The notes below the pieces were generated by a model. The model searched no databases and had not been told where the DNA came from. It worked only from the letters and a program-made list of their open reading frames with translations. A DNA stretch of 60,684 nucleotides from Deltaproteobacteria bacterium (GTDB taxonomy: Bacteria; Bdellovibrionota_C; UBA2361; SZUA-149; JADLFC01). How positions within the stretch are numbered: the stretch's first letter is position 1; the number at the start of each line of letters is the position of its first letter. The DNA lies in assembly GCA_020845775.1 (NCBI GenBank), contig JADLFC010000121.1, positions 1-60,684 on the forward strand, written 5' to 3'. Positions 29,239 to 39,577 of this stretch are shown one piece after another. Made by a program: the position numbers and the translations under genes.

Positions 29239-30846
29239 ATGTCCATCCTTAAGTCGAATCTCAATATTAACAGCGAGCAGTATAAGAAAAATTATTTAGA
29301 CTATCAGTCTCTACTAGCCAAGTTAAACTCGTATTTGCAAAACAGCCTGACTCCACACAGCAAAAAGACTGAGGAGCTTGCGCGACGACGAAACAAGCTA
29401 TTAGTCGAAGAACGCATAACTCATTTACTCGATCCTGGCTCACCATATTTAGCAGTCGCACCTCTCGCCGGCGCTGAAGTCTACGAAGGTCTGCCACCTG
29501 GAGCTGGAATTCATACTTTAATCGCTAGAATCTCTGGCAGAAAGTGCATGGTCATCGCCAATAACTCCACCATTAAAGGAGGAACGTATTTTCCGCTCAC
29601 AGTAAAAAAACACCTTCGCGCCCAGGAAATTGCAGTAGAGAACAAGCTGCCGTGTATATATCTTGTCGATAGTGGCGGTGCCTTTCTTCCGTTGCAAGAC
29701 GAAATTTTCCCTGACCGCTTTCATTTTGGAAGAATTTTTTACAACCAGGCGCTCATGAGCAGCATGGGGATACCTCAAATTTCTGTTGTCCTCGGCTCCT
29801 GCACCGCTGGTGGAGCATATGTTCCGGCCATGAGCGATGAAACTATAATGGTTAGGGGAAATGCCTCAATATTCCTAGGAGGCCCACCTCTAGTAAAGGC
29901 TGCAACTGGCGAAATCGTATCCGCCGAGGAGCTAGGCGGCACGGATGTCCACTGCGGGATTAGCGGGGTCAGCGACCACAGCGCGGACAACGAAGTAGAT
30001 GCACTTAAGCGTGCCAGGGAGATTATTGCATCACTTGGCCCCGAATCCTCGAGCATTGAGCGCTTAGTTGCTAAACATTCGACAGAGCCTCCACTATACG
30101 ATCCACAAGAAATATATGGCATAGTAGGTGCGGATCTGCGAAAGAGTTTCTCCGTTATGGAAGTAATAGCCCGCCTCGTAGATGGCTCGAGGTTTGAGGA
30201 ATTCAAGGCCCAATACGGCAAGACTATTAAATGTGGCTTTTCGCACATTTATGGCTTCTTAGTTGGCGTAATCGCTAACGACGGCATCTTGTTTAGCGAG
30301 TCTGCGCTAAAGGCAACTCACTTTATACAGCTCTGCAACCAACGTGGCATTCCACTGCTTTTTTTGCAAAACGTAGTTGGTTTTATGGTTGGCAAATCAT
30401 ACGAACACGATGGAATAGCTAAGCATGGTGCTAAAATGGTTACTGCCGTGGCAACGTCCTCGGTTCCAAAGTTTACTCTAATCATTGGGGGATCATTTGG
30501 CGCTGGTAACTACGGCATGTGCGGAAGAGCTTACGATCCGCGCTTCCTCTTCACATGGCCAAATTCGCAAATCTCAGTCATGGGAGAGGACCAAGCCGCC
30601 GAAGTAATGGCACAAGTTAAATTTGACAACTCTGACAACCCGACTTGTCACTCGGAGAGAAATGAGTTTAAGTCTAAAATTAAAGAAAAATATAGGAACG
30701 AAAATGGCGCCTGGTATGCCTCGGCACGCCTCTGGGATGACGGCATTATAGATCCTTTAAAGACTCGCGAGACATTAGCTTTGGCCTTTGCTAGTAGTTT
30801 AATTGCGCAGGACTCTAGTTCTCGATTTGGAATATTTAGAATGTAA
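29239..30846 (+). CDS. Acyl-CoA carboxylase carboxyltransferase (beta) subunit, methylcrotonyl-CoA carboxylase type
   Basis: 535 aa. KLLVEERITHLLDPGSPYL, IANNSTIKGGTYFPLTVKKHLRAQEIA, LPCIYLVDSGGAFLP and GSCTAGGAYVPAMSDE are typical of the MCC/LiuB-type CT family. Confidence 0.87.
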   Translation: MSILKSNLNINSEQYKKNYLDYQSLLAKLNSYLQNSLTPHSKKTEELARRRNKLLVEERITHLLDPGSPYLAVAPLAGAEVYEGLPPGAGIHTLIARISGRKCMVIANNSTIKGGTYFPLTVKKHLRAQEIAVENKLPCIYLVDSGGAFLPLQDEIFPDRFHFGRIFYNQALMSSMGIPQISVVLGSCTAGGAYVPAMSDETIMVRGNASIFLGGPPLVKAATGEIVSAEELGGTDVHCGISGVSDHSADNEVDALKRAREIIASLGPESSSIERLVAKHSTEPPLYDPQEIYGIVGADLRKSFSVMEVIARLVDGSRFEEFKAQYGKTIKCGFSHIYGFLVGVIANDGILFSESALKATHFIQLCNQRGIPLLFLQNVVGFMVGKSYEHDGIAKHGAKMVTAVATSSVPKFTLIIGGSFGAGNYGMCGRAYDPRFLFTWPNSQISVMGEDQAAEVMAQVKFDNSDNPTCHSERNEFKSKIKEKYRNENGAWYASARLWDDGIIDPLKTRETLALAFASSLIAQDSSSRFGIFRM

Positions 30847-30874
30847 CTCTAAAGAAATCACTTGCTCAGAAGAA

Positions 30875-32989
30875 ATGAAATCCATTCTTATTGCCAATAG
30901 AGGCGAAATCGCCCTTCGCATAATAAGCACTGCCCGAAAACTTGGGCTTCGCACAATTGCCATTTACTCGGACGCAGACTACTCAAATCCCCACGCACAA
31001 GCGGCAGATCAGGCATTCAATGTGGGAGGCGCAGTAGCGAGCGAGTCCTATTTAAACGCAGCTAAGATTCTTTCTGTAGCAATAGCTGCGAAAGCTGATG
31101 CCATACATCCTGGATACGGCTTCCTATCGGAGAATCCGGATTTCGCGAGACAGACCATCGACGCGGGTCTTATCTTTATTGGCCCGGACGCCAGCGCCAT
31201 GCGCTCGCTCGGGCACAAAGACAGCGCGCGCAAACTCGCCTCGAAAATTGGGATACCCGTTATCCCAGGCTATGATGGCGAGAAAACTGATTTAGCAACT
31301 TTAGTCACACGCGCACAAGACATCGGGTTTCCGCTATTAATAAAAGCTAGAGCTGGAGGCGGTGGTCGGGGGATGCGAGAGGTAAACGAGGTTAAGGATT
31401 TACAAAATGCCATAGAAGCCGCTAAACGAGAGTCAAAAGCTTATTTTGGGGACGAGCACCTAATCCTAGAAAAACTAATACAGCGAGCTCGTCACATCGA
31501 GATACAAATTCTTGCAGACCATTTTGGGAATGCGCTCCATTTTTGGGAGAGGGACTGCACCTTGCAGCGCCGTGCGCAAAAAATAGTCGAGGAATCGCCT
31601 AGTGCTTACATTGAAGACGAATTGCGCGCCAAGTTATGCGAAAGTGCCTTAAAGCTAATTAAAGCCTGTAACTACACAAATGCCGCAACTGTGGAATTCT
31701 TGATTCCGCTCGATAAAAACAATATGAGCAAGGCTTTCTTTTTCCTCGAAGCCAATTGCCGCATTCAAGTTGAACACCCAATCACAGAGATGATTTTCGG
31801 CATAGATCTAATTGAATGGCAAATACGCATTGCTCGTGGCGAAAAGCTTTCCTTATCACAGAGCGATATTAAACCTACAGGAGTAGCAATAGAAGCGCGC
31901 GTATATGCGGAAGCGCCACAACAAAAGTTTCTGCCCAAATCTGGAAGAGTAGCTGACCTCACTTTCCCCGAGATCGCACAATCCCAGCTACGCATAGATC
32001 ACGCCCTGGAGAAGGGATTAACTATATCGACAAATTACGATTCGCTGCTAATGAAGCTCATTGCGAGTGGCGAAACTCGCTTAGCCGCCATTGAGCGCCT
32101 AAGATTGGCATTACAGCAAACAAGAATTTGCGGCGTTCAAAATAATATTTCCTTTTTGCTTAGCATACTATCGCACCAGGATGTCGCCTCAAATAACACA
32201 GATACTAAATGGGTCGATAGGAAAATTGACGAACTAATCGAAAGTAGCGTTATTTCCCTATCACTCGCCAAAGTAGCAATGTCGGTTTTCTTGATTCATG
32301 AAATATTTAGCTCAATTCAATTACATTTGCGGCAAAACCCAAACGATCCTTTCTGCACACTTATTTATTGGAGACCAGATACGTCCTTAACGCGAGCCAA
32401 AACAGAAATTGCAAGCACCTTCTTGGATTACGACATGCGAGAACATGGCGTAGATTTAACTCAAAAACTACGCGCCAGGTTAATCAGCTACGCTAAACTA
32501 AAGAGCAATAAGCATATATTTACACTTGGCATAAACGATGGCGTTCATGAGGTTTGCGTCGAGCATGAACCTAGCCTAGAACTACGTAGCCTGCAAATTG
32601 AATTCGATGGAGTTGCGTATAAGTCGCTCATCGATAGTGCTACAGAAATGTCTGCTGCTAACATTTACGTCGAAGAGAAATCATTTTCGATTTATCAGAG
32701 CGAACGATCGGGCTCACATGCAGGTGCAGCATCCTTTGGAGAAACCCAAGTGGTAGCGCCACTGCCAGGAACGGTAATCGACTTGCTAGTTAAACCCAAA
32801 GAGGTGGTTAAGAAGGGCACGGTAATAGCAATAATAGAATCGATGAAAATTGAGCATTCTATTTTGTGCACGGACGACGCGATTATAAAAGACATTCTCG
32901 TAACCGTAGGCATGTCCGTAAATGAGGGCCAAGAATTAGTGCTTCTCGGCGAACTAAGCATTAGCGATCGAGATAACTTTAGCGAGTAA
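30875..32989 (+). CDS. Acyl-CoA carboxylase biotin carboxylase + BCCP (alpha) subunit
   Basis: Canonical N-terminus MKSILIANRGEIALRII at the ATG at 30875; the track's 30803 start overlaps the upstream gene. ATP-grasp (GGGGRGMR). The C-terminal biotinyl domain carries ESMKIEH, a variant of the AMKM biotin site. Confidence 0.88.
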   Translation: MKSILIANRGEIALRIISTARKLGLRTIAIYSDADYSNPHAQAADQAFNVGGAVASESYLNAAKILSVAIAAKADAIHPGYGFLSENPDFARQTIDAGLIFIGPDASAMRSLGHKDSARKLASKIGIPVIPGYDGEKTDLATLVTRAQDIGFPLLIKARAGGGGRGMREVNEVKDLQNAIEAAKRESKAYFGDEHLILEKLIQRARHIEIQILADHFGNALHFWERDCTLQRRAQKIVEESPSAYIEDELRAKLCESALKLIKACNYTNAATVEFLIPLDKNNMSKAFFFLEANCRIQVEHPITEMIFGIDLIEWQIRIARGEKLSLSQSDIKPTGVAIEARVYAEAPQQKFLPKSGRVADLTFPEIAQSQLRIDHALEKGLTISTNYDSLLMKLIASGETRLAAIERLRLALQQTRICGVQNNISFLLSILSHQDVASNNTDTKWVDRKIDELIESSVISLSLAKVAMSVFLIHEIFSSIQLHLRQNPNDPFCTLIYWRPDTSLTRAKTEIASTFLDYDMREHGVDLTQKLRARLISYAKLKSNKHIFTLGINDGVHEVCVEHEPSLELRSLQIEFDGVAYKSLIDSATEMSAANIYVEEKSFSIYQSERSGSHAGAASFGETQVVAPLPGTVIDLLVKPKEVVKKGTVIAIIESMKIEHSILCTDDAIIKDILVTVGMSVNEGQELVLLGELSISDRDNFSE

Positions 32990-33001
32990 GACAAACAAAT
33001 A

Positions 33002-33074
33002 AGCCAACGACGAGATTCGAACTCGTGACCTATGCTTTACGAGAGCATTGCTCTACCAGCTGAGCTACGTTGGC
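33002..33074 (-). tRNA. tRNA-Thr (CGT anticodon)
   Basis: The reverse complement folds as a cloverleaf: acceptor GCCAACG/CGTTGGC, D stem GCTC/GAGC, anticodon stem ATGCT/AGCAT with loop CTCGTAA, T stem ACGAG/CTCGT with TTCGAAT loop. Confidence 0.86.
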
Positions 33075-33101
33075 AATTGCGCTAGCAACAACTATCAATC
33101 G

Positions 33102-34082
33102 CTATAACAGCGTGGCATCTACCACTAGACATAGAAAGTAAAGCGAGAGATAGGCATTTGAAAAGTTAAACACTTCCTTCGCTTTAAGCATCTCTACATT
33201 CTCTGCAAAACCCGTGCGCTTAAGATGCCATATCTTCCAAGAAAAAACCACACTTAATGATAACATGACAAGCAGTGAAAACCATCCCAAATATTCATTT
33301 GAAAGTACAAGGATGACTGTAGTTGGAATTAGACATAAGGCATAGAACAACATCCCATTAAGGGTCGCATCCCGCCCAGCAACAACAGGCAGCATTGGGA
33401 TACCCGCTCGCTTATAATCAGAATTCTTATTGAGAGCCAAAGCCCAAAAATGTGGCGGGGTCCAGAAGAAAATAACCAAAAACAGTAACAGCGCAGTAAA
33501 CTCTAACTCTCCCTTAATAGCTACCCATCCCACCAATGGCGGTATGGCACCCGCAACGCCACCGATCACTATATTTTGCGCCGTAATTCGCTTTAGCCAT
33601 AGCGTGTAAATCAACACGTAAAACAAATGCCCACTAAGAGCCACGAGCGAGGCACTAAGACCAACAAAGCTATAGAGGACAAAGAAACCGCTTGCCCCTG
33701 CGATTATAGCAAACAGATATGCCGATAGAAGACCAAGCCTACCAACTGCCATAGGGCGATTCTTAGTTCTCTGCATCAGAGCATCGATATCTCTATCGAG
33801 GATGCAGTTCATCGCATTAGCGGATGCCGATATTAGAGCGCCACCCAGAAGAACCCAAACTACCAACGGCATCGAAACATTTCCACCAGATGCAAGCACC
33901 ATGGTGCAAAAAGTCGATATCAACAGCAACGCAATGATTTTTGGCTTAGTTAAGCTAAATAAGTCGCTAAAATATGTCGTGCAAGTAGCACCTTGCGATA
34001 CAGTCGCATATGATGGATTTACCGACATCCGACCTTTGCCATTTAGGGAACCATGCTCTTCTGAATTCGCCGCATAAACCAC
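33102..34082 (-). CDS. ctaB: Protoheme IX farnesyltransferase (heme O synthase)
   Basis: UbiA-family polytopic protein with NCILDRDIDALMQRTKNRP. The track start overlaps ctaA by 40 nt; the ATG at 34028 (MSVNPSY...) is a plausible real start. Confidence 0.87.
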   Translation of the reverse strand: MVYAANSEEHGSLNGKGRMSVNPSYATVSQGATCTTYFSDLFSLTKPKIIALLLISTFCTMVLASGGNVSMPLVVWVLLGGALISASANAMNCILDRDIDALMQRTKNRPMAVGRLGLLSAYLFAIIAGASGFFVLYSFVGLSASLVALSGHLFYVLIYTLWLKRITAQNIVIGGVAGAIPPLVGWVAIKGELEFTALLLFLVIFFWTPPHFWALALNKNSDYKRAGIPMLPVVAGRDATLNGMLFYALCLIPTTVILVLSNEYLGWFSLLVMLSLSVVFSWKIWHLKRTGFAENVEMLKAKEVFNFSNAYLSLYFLCLVVDATLL

Positions 34083-34978
34083 GTACCACTTAGCGATTTC
34101 GACATATTCAAAAGTTCAAACAATATCAATTGCGCAACCGCTAGATGTAAAACAGCTACCCAGATGGGAATATACATCAAAACGTTTGCAACTCCCAAAG
34201 CAAACTGAAGTAAGGTTAAGAAAAAAACGCGCCGCAAGCTAGAAGCCTGATCCATCAGCAATAGAGATTTGCGCCCAAAAAAATAAATGGCTGTAATGCA
34301 AGTTAACAAAAAAACTGCCAACGCTCGATGGGATATTTGCAATAACTGAGGCGCGGTGGCCTCAGGCGGCAACAGACTACCGTTACATAAAGGAAAACCC
34401 TCGCAAACTAGAGCTGCCCCACTGCTACCAACAAAACCACCCAATACTATCTGCAAAAAAACAAAACCACTTAGTATTAAGAGCACGAAATTAACACTTC
34501 GCGCTCTCTTTGGCTCAGATTTATTCTCTTCGCAATTTTCGCACTTCGGACAAATCCTTTCGGCTGCCAATAACGCCAGTAACTGAAAAAAAACACTGCC
34601 AAGTGCTAAATGAGCAGTAATAATAAAGGGATTAAGCTGAAAAATAACCGTAAGGCCACCCATTACGGATTGGATCATGACCAATATTAGAAGAAAAACG
34701 ACTAGCTTATACAGGAAAGTATAAGTTTTTCGGCTGCGAAACACTAAGTGCAACATTGCTAAGGAACACAGCACTACAAAACCAGCTATAACCCTGTGTA
34801 TATATTCCTGAGCCACGCCATGCGTAAACTCAGGAACTATTCTTCCAAAACAGAGCGGCCAGTCGGGACACGACAAGCCAGCACCAGTTGCTCTAACAAA
34901 GCCACCCAACGAAATGAGCACCAGTGTCAATAACGCGGTAACTCCGCTTAAAACTCTAATAATTTTTAAATCAGCCAT
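34043..34978 (-). CDS. ctaA: Heme A synthase (COX15/CtaA family)
   Basis: 311 aa, 8 TM. GAGLSCPDWPLCFG motif and conserved His in the helices (HRVIAG, HLALG, HRALA, HLAVA). Confidence 0.8.
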   Translation of the reverse strand: MADLKIIRVLSGVTALLTLVLISLGGFVRATGAGLSCPDWPLCFGRIVPEFTHGVAQEYIHRVIAGFVVLCSLAMLHLVFRSRKTYTFLYKLVVFLLILVMIQSVMGGLTVIFQLNPFIITAHLALGSVFFQLLALLAAERICPKCENCEENKSEPKRARSVNFVLLILSGFVFLQIVLGGFVGSSGAALVCEGFPLCNGSLLPPEATAPQLLQISHRALAVFLLTCITAIYFFGRKSLLLMDQASSLRRVFFLTLLQFALGVANVLMYIPIWVAVLHLAVAQLILFELLNMSKSLSGTWFMRRIQKSMVP

Positions 34979-35007
34979 ACCGCAATCTCTACAGAAGAGT
35001 TAGCTGG

Positions 35008-36084
35008 CTAGCAAGACTTGCGATGGGAGGAAAATGAAAGTTCTTCTTCAAACCCCAAATGTCCAAGCTTTTCCGACTCGGAAAACGCTGCATATGAAAT
35101 GATATCCTCTATTTCGCGCGCTACTTCATAATATTGTTGCGCCAATTTTGCAGTAGCCTTTAAATCAAAGGCCGTTTGGCCCAAGAACGTAAGGCGATTC
35201 TGCTGCTCGCTGCGAAAAATCACCGAGTTTAGCAGGTATATGGGCCCATCATGCGCTGATGAATCACCGATGCTTGCTTTTTTCGGACAATGCGTCTCTC
35301 GCTCTCGCAAAATCGAGATAAAATCCTCGGCACTGCTGAAGTTTCTAATGTCCTCATCGTCCACAGGCACATCGCCTTCCATCTCAAGGTTACTAACGAC
35401 AAGATTCTTATCCAACCTCGCTGCGGTCAACTTATTAACACGACTTGCCTGCTTATTTACCATCGAACGAACGATAACCCAAACCGGTCCCTTGATGTGT
35501 TGAGCACTAGCGACGATTTCCTCTAAGCTATTTATACTCATCTCGCTGGGATCGACGGGAACAACCACGATGTCGGCATTGGCAATGGCGTTGCGAGTCA
35601 AGACATTAAAATCAGGAGGCGTATCTATTACAACGTGATCGTACTCACTGCGAAGTTCGCGAATTAATTGTGGAAATAAATTCGCAAATGCCTTCGCGCC
35701 AGGACCCCAAAGAAAATGGCGAAGCTCTGGCCCTGACCGCAAAAGATCTAAATCCGGCCTTATGGAATCAACGATACCACGACCTGGCTCCAAAACCTCC
35801 ATCAGCTCATCGGAAGCAGTTTCGCCACTTGATAACTGCTGCCTAAAAGATTTTGATAAAAACAACTGAGCAAGCGGCGCCTCTGCGCCCGCCATCACCT
35901 CACCTGTGGCTTGGTTTTTCGGCGAACCAACTGCTGTGCGAAAAAAAGATGTAGAATGCCCCGAAGGATCGCAGTCAATTAGAATAGTTCTACAGCCCCG
36001 CTTTGCAAAAGCGTGACTAACATTGACAGAAATAGACGTTTTCCCCACACCACCTTTAAGTGATGCAAAACAAATTACTGCCAT
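35008..36084 (-). CDS. ParA/MinD-family P-loop ATPase with C-terminal extension
   Basis: Deviant Walker A SLKGGVGKTSISVN and LIDCDPSGHST. 358 aa, about 100 aa longer than a minimal ParA. Confidence 0.75.
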   Translation of the reverse strand: MAVICFASLKGGVGKTSISVNVSHAFAKRGCRTILIDCDPSGHSTSFFRTAVGSPKNQATGEVMAGAEAPLAQLFLSKSFRQQLSSGETASDELMEVLEPGRGIVDSIRPDLDLLRSGPELRHFLWGPGAKAFANLFPQLIRELRSEYDHVVIDTPPDFNVLTRNAIANADIVVVPVDPSEMSINSLEEIVASAQHIKGPVWVIVRSMVNKQASRVNKLTAARLDKNLVVSNLEMEGDVPVDDEDIRNFSSAEDFISILRERETHCPKKASIGDSSAHDGPIYLLNSVIFRSEQQNRLTFLGQTAFDLKATAKLAQQYYEVAREIEDIISYAAFSESEKLGHLGFEEELSFSSHRKSC

Positions 36085-36300
36085 TTACCAACCCACTAAC
36101 GGTACTGCCCAGCCATCAACGATGCAAGCACTCAAATTCCAGATAACCACACAATAACTTCATTTTTTTACCACAACACCACCTTGACAACACAATGCCA
36201 CTCTGCCCTTACTATAGCTAAGATACTCCAGAGATGGCTATATAGGCGCAGATAAATAAATATGTCAAAAACTTTTTTGGCCCATAAAGAAAAATTTCTA

Positions 36301-37107
36301 CTAAGAATTTTTCTTTCCCGCAGAAATATCTTTGACTAAAGACCTAACAAAACAAACTGCGTGGCGTACTCCTAGCTTTGATTTACCCACCTCTCGACAG
36401 CCAAATCGATAATGCACATGGGCAATCGAGGCATTTGGCGGAAAAAATCTCAATATGTCAAAAAGAATTTTATATCCCCGCAATTCGAAATTAACAGAGC
36501 TAGTTTTTAGTATGCCAACTACAAAACTCGTCTTGCCACCAAAAAAACCTGACATCGGGTCGCTTACCACAATCCCTCTTCGCCTTAGGCTAACGCGCGC
36601 AAGCGCAGTGGCAATCCTTGAAATAATACTTCGCAAAACAGAATGTCCAAAATACCTCGAAAGCCTATTTGCAACTACCAAATCTGCTCCGTCTATTAGT
36701 TTAGAAAATAACTTTGCAACTTCCGACGGAGGATGTTGAAAATCGCCATCCATCACTAAGAAAAATTTCGTTTTGCAACAATAAATAGCATCGATGACGC
36801 TAGCACATATTCCCCTGACTAAAGCACCTCGCCTTTCCAACAATTCCACACTACAACATCCTCCACCGGAGCCTAAGACGCTTACTCGCTCCAAGACAAC
36901 TTGTTGCGTCCCATCGCTGCTAACATCATCCACAACAAGGACAGTGGCGCCAGAGTATCTCTTAGCCAGATCATCTAAAAGAAAGCCAATAACGGAGGCC
37001 TCATTTAAAGTAGGGATAATGACTGTTAGCTCTGAATACGCACCTTGTGCATTCAGATAAACAGGCTCACGACTTGTCTTCAAATAATTGCTCTGATTAA
37101 GTTGCAC
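36301..37107 (-). CDS. Family 2 glycosyltransferase (polyprenol-phosphate sugar synthase-like)
   Basis: VIIPTLNEASVIG, VVDDVSSDGT and MDGDFQHPP (DxD) motifs typical of the DPM1/GtrB-like GT2. Confidence 0.8.
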   Translation of the reverse strand: MQLNQSNYLKTSREPVYLNAQGAYSELTVIIPTLNEASVIGFLLDDLAKRYSGATVLVVDDVSSDGTQQVVLERVSVLGSGGGCCSVELLERRGALVRGICASVIDAIYCCKTKFFLVMDGDFQHPPSEVAKLFSKLIDGADLVVANRLSRYFGHSVLRSIISRIATALARVSLRRRGIVVSDPMSGFFGGKTSFVVGILKTSSVNFELRGYKILFDILRFFPPNASIAHVHYRFGCREVGKSKLGVRHAVCFVRSLVKDISAGKKNS

Positions 37108-37132
37108 TACAGGACTACAGTAACTTCAATAT

Positions 37133-38551
37133 TTAAAAATTAGCATTGCCAGGCGTACGCGGAAAAGGAATCACGTCCCTGATATTGCTCATACCACTTA
37201 AATACATAAGCAAACGCTCAAACCCTAACCCAAACCCGGCGTGCGGAACGCTTCCGTACCTTCTAAGATCTAGGTACCACCAGTAATTATTTTCATCTAA
37301 GCCAGACTCAGCTAACCTTTTAAGCAAAACATCCTTGCGATCCTCGCGCTGGGAACCGCCAATAATTTCTCCCAATCGCGGCACTAATAAATCCATAGCG
37401 CTGACTGTTTTTTCTCCCTCATCCAACCGCATGTAAAATGCCTTTATTTCTTTTGGATAATTAGTCACAAAAACTGGCCTACCTATGTATTCCTCCGTCA
37501 AATAGCGCTCATGCTCAGTCTGTATATCCGCGCCCCACGAAATGGGATATTCAAACGATCGACCGCATTTTGCCAAACAGTTTATTGCCTCGGTATAAGT
37601 AATAACTTCAAATTTTGCCGAAGCAACCTGCTCTAGCGAATTAATAATCCCCTTTTCAACCCACTGGTCAAAGAACTTCATGTCGTCTTGGCAATTCTCC
37701 AGGACGTATTGAATTACAGACCTAACAAAGTCCTCTGCCACTTCCATATCGCCCTGCAAATCGCAAAACGCCATTTCCGGCTCAACCATCCAGAACTCCG
37801 CTAAATGCCTTGGAGTATTCGAGTTCTCCGCTCTAAAAGTAGGCCCGAATGTGTACACCTTGCTTAAAGCCGTAGCGAAGAGCTCGGCTTCTAGCTGCCC
37901 AGAAACCGAAAGGCTAGCCTCGCGACCAAAAAAATCATTGCTAAAAAAAGTCTCTCTTGCGTTTTTGTCTTCTACGTTAGCCGATATGGCTACCGTAGGA
38001 TCCAGCGTAGTAACTCTAAACATTTTCCCGGCCCCCTCACAATCTGAGGTGGTGATTATGGGAGTATGCACGCAAACAAACCCCCTATCGTGAAAAAATT
38101 TGTGTATTGCAAACGCCGCCGCATGTCGCAGACGAAACACTGCACCAAACGTATTTGTTCGCGGTCTCAAATGAGCAATGGTTCGCAAAAATTCAAACGA
38201 GTGGCGCTTCTTTTGCAAGGGATAATCATTGGCGTCGGCTGGGCCAATGAGGTTAAGGCTAGTAGCCTTAACCTCAACTCGCTGTCCTTTAGCTGGAGAC
38301 AGTACCAATTCGCCCTCAACTTGCACCGCTGCACCGGTATTGGCCTCTTGGACACAGGTATCCAGTCTTGAGATGCTTCGGTCTACGATAATTTGTATGT
38401 TGGCCAGGCAACTTCCGTCGTTTACCTCGAGAAACGACATCTCTTTGGCATCTCGTCGCGTCCTAACCCACCCATTGATCTCAACCGAACTTCCAACTGC
38501 CCCGTCTCTTAGCAACTGACTAATTGTTTTTCTCGTCAAGAACTGCGACAT
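37133..38551 (-). CDS. asnS: Asparagine--tRNA ligase
   Basis: 472 aa. N-terminal OB domain (INGWVRTRRDAKEMSFLEVNDGS) and class II motifs (FRAENSNTPRHLAEFWMVEPE, GFGLGFERLLMY). Confidence 0.92.
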   Translation of the reverse strand: MSQFLTRKTISQLLRDGAVGSSVEINGWVRTRRDAKEMSFLEVNDGSCLANIQIIVDRSISRLDTCVQEANTGAAVQVEGELVLSPAKGQRVEVKATSLNLIGPADANDYPLQKKRHSFEFLRTIAHLRPRTNTFGAVFRLRHAAAFAIHKFFHDRGFVCVHTPIITTSDCEGAGKMFRVTTLDPTVAISANVEDKNARETFFSNDFFGREASLSVSGQLEAELFATALSKVYTFGPTFRAENSNTPRHLAEFWMVEPEMAFCDLQGDMEVAEDFVRSVIQYVLENCQDDMKFFDQWVEKGIINSLEQVASAKFEVITYTEAINCLAKCGRSFEYPISWGADIQTEHERYLTEEYIGRPVFVTNYPKEIKAFYMRLDEGEKTVSAMDLLVPRLGEIIGGSQREDRKDVLLKRLAESGLDENNYWWYLDLRRYGSVPHAGFGLGFERLLMYLSGMSNIRDVIPFPRTPGNANF

Positions 38552-38603
38552 ATTACAAGCACCCTAAAAAAAGTACTTTTTATTTTTAACCGACGTATAA
38601 GAC

Positions 38604-39188
38604 TTAAGCTCGCTTTTTTAGCTGTAGACGAACTACATTTGCAGGTAGCTCCGGCTTTGGATCTTTTTCGCTCTCCGACGTCAAAACCTCATCCTGCTCT
38701 ACCTCCATTGATTCAAACACTGGCGCAAATGCACCTGCATTCCCAGACGCAGAAAGAACTCCGCTAACCTCATCGATTATAACTCTACTAGCTTGAGCGC
38801 AAGCTTTCGACTCGACGAGCTCTAGTGAAAACTGTAGACAGGAGGCATATTCTTGCCTTGTTGCAGAATCCATCAACAACTTAGCCTTCTCGGCTATCTT
38901 TGCCTCTTCGCAATTAGCTTTGTTAATAAATTGCTGTTTAATTATTGCCAACCGCGAAACCATAGCACTACTACCGCTTAACTTAAGCGTTTCATTTAAC
39001 ATGGCTCTTAGCTGTTTGTGACAACGCAGCCAGGCATCAGCCCTTAAATCATTCGCCACGTTATCCAAACTAAAGCCAGTACCAACTCCGTCAGGAAAGG
39101 ACATGGACGCGTATAATTTCTCAGCCTTAAAAGTCCTCGCCACTAAGACTCTAATTCGAGAATTTATCGTCGCACCCGCTCCGTTCAT
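38604..39188 (-). CDS. Hypothetical protein
   Basis: 194-aa helical ORF with no recognisable motif. Confidence 0.45.
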   Translation of the reverse strand: MNGAGATINSRIRVLVARTFKAEKLYASMSFPDGVGTGFSLDNVANDLRADAWLRCHKQLRAMLNETLKLSGSSAMVSRLAIIKQQFINKANCEEAKIAEKAKLLMDSATRQEYASCLQFSLELVESKACAQASRVIIDEVSGVLSASGNAGAFAPVFESMEVEQDEVLTSESEKDPKPELPANVVRLQLKKRA

Positions 39189-39577
39189 CGATATTGCTCC
39201 TGTTAAAAAACCCTTAACTTATGGAATGGCCTACGGTAATCCAAAAACTCCGTTACCTCCAAATATCTACCTATATTTTGCACAATTAACAACAAAGAAA
39301 CTTGCGTTTTTACACAAAATAAGTAATGTAATAACGCGTTTGTCAGTTTGTCCTGGTTTTTAAACAAAAGAATGAGGCAATTAGTGACAAATGGCGCATA
39401 TCATACATTGGTTGATGGGGCGATGTGGTGCCATATGTTTGAGTAACAAACAATAGGCGTTTGATTTTTTATAGTTGTAGAAATAAGGGGCTTTGTCTTA
39501 TTAGGGAGTTTAGCCGAAACGGTATAGGCTTTTTCGCAAGCGTATTTTGCGATGACTCCTTTAGATGTTAAGGGCAA

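Noticed and set aside
39515-39526. cgaaacggtata as another fragment of the repeat family
   Set aside because: Only 11 of 12 nt match the end of hairpin A, with no flanking similarity. That is too short to distinguish from chance in 60 kb.
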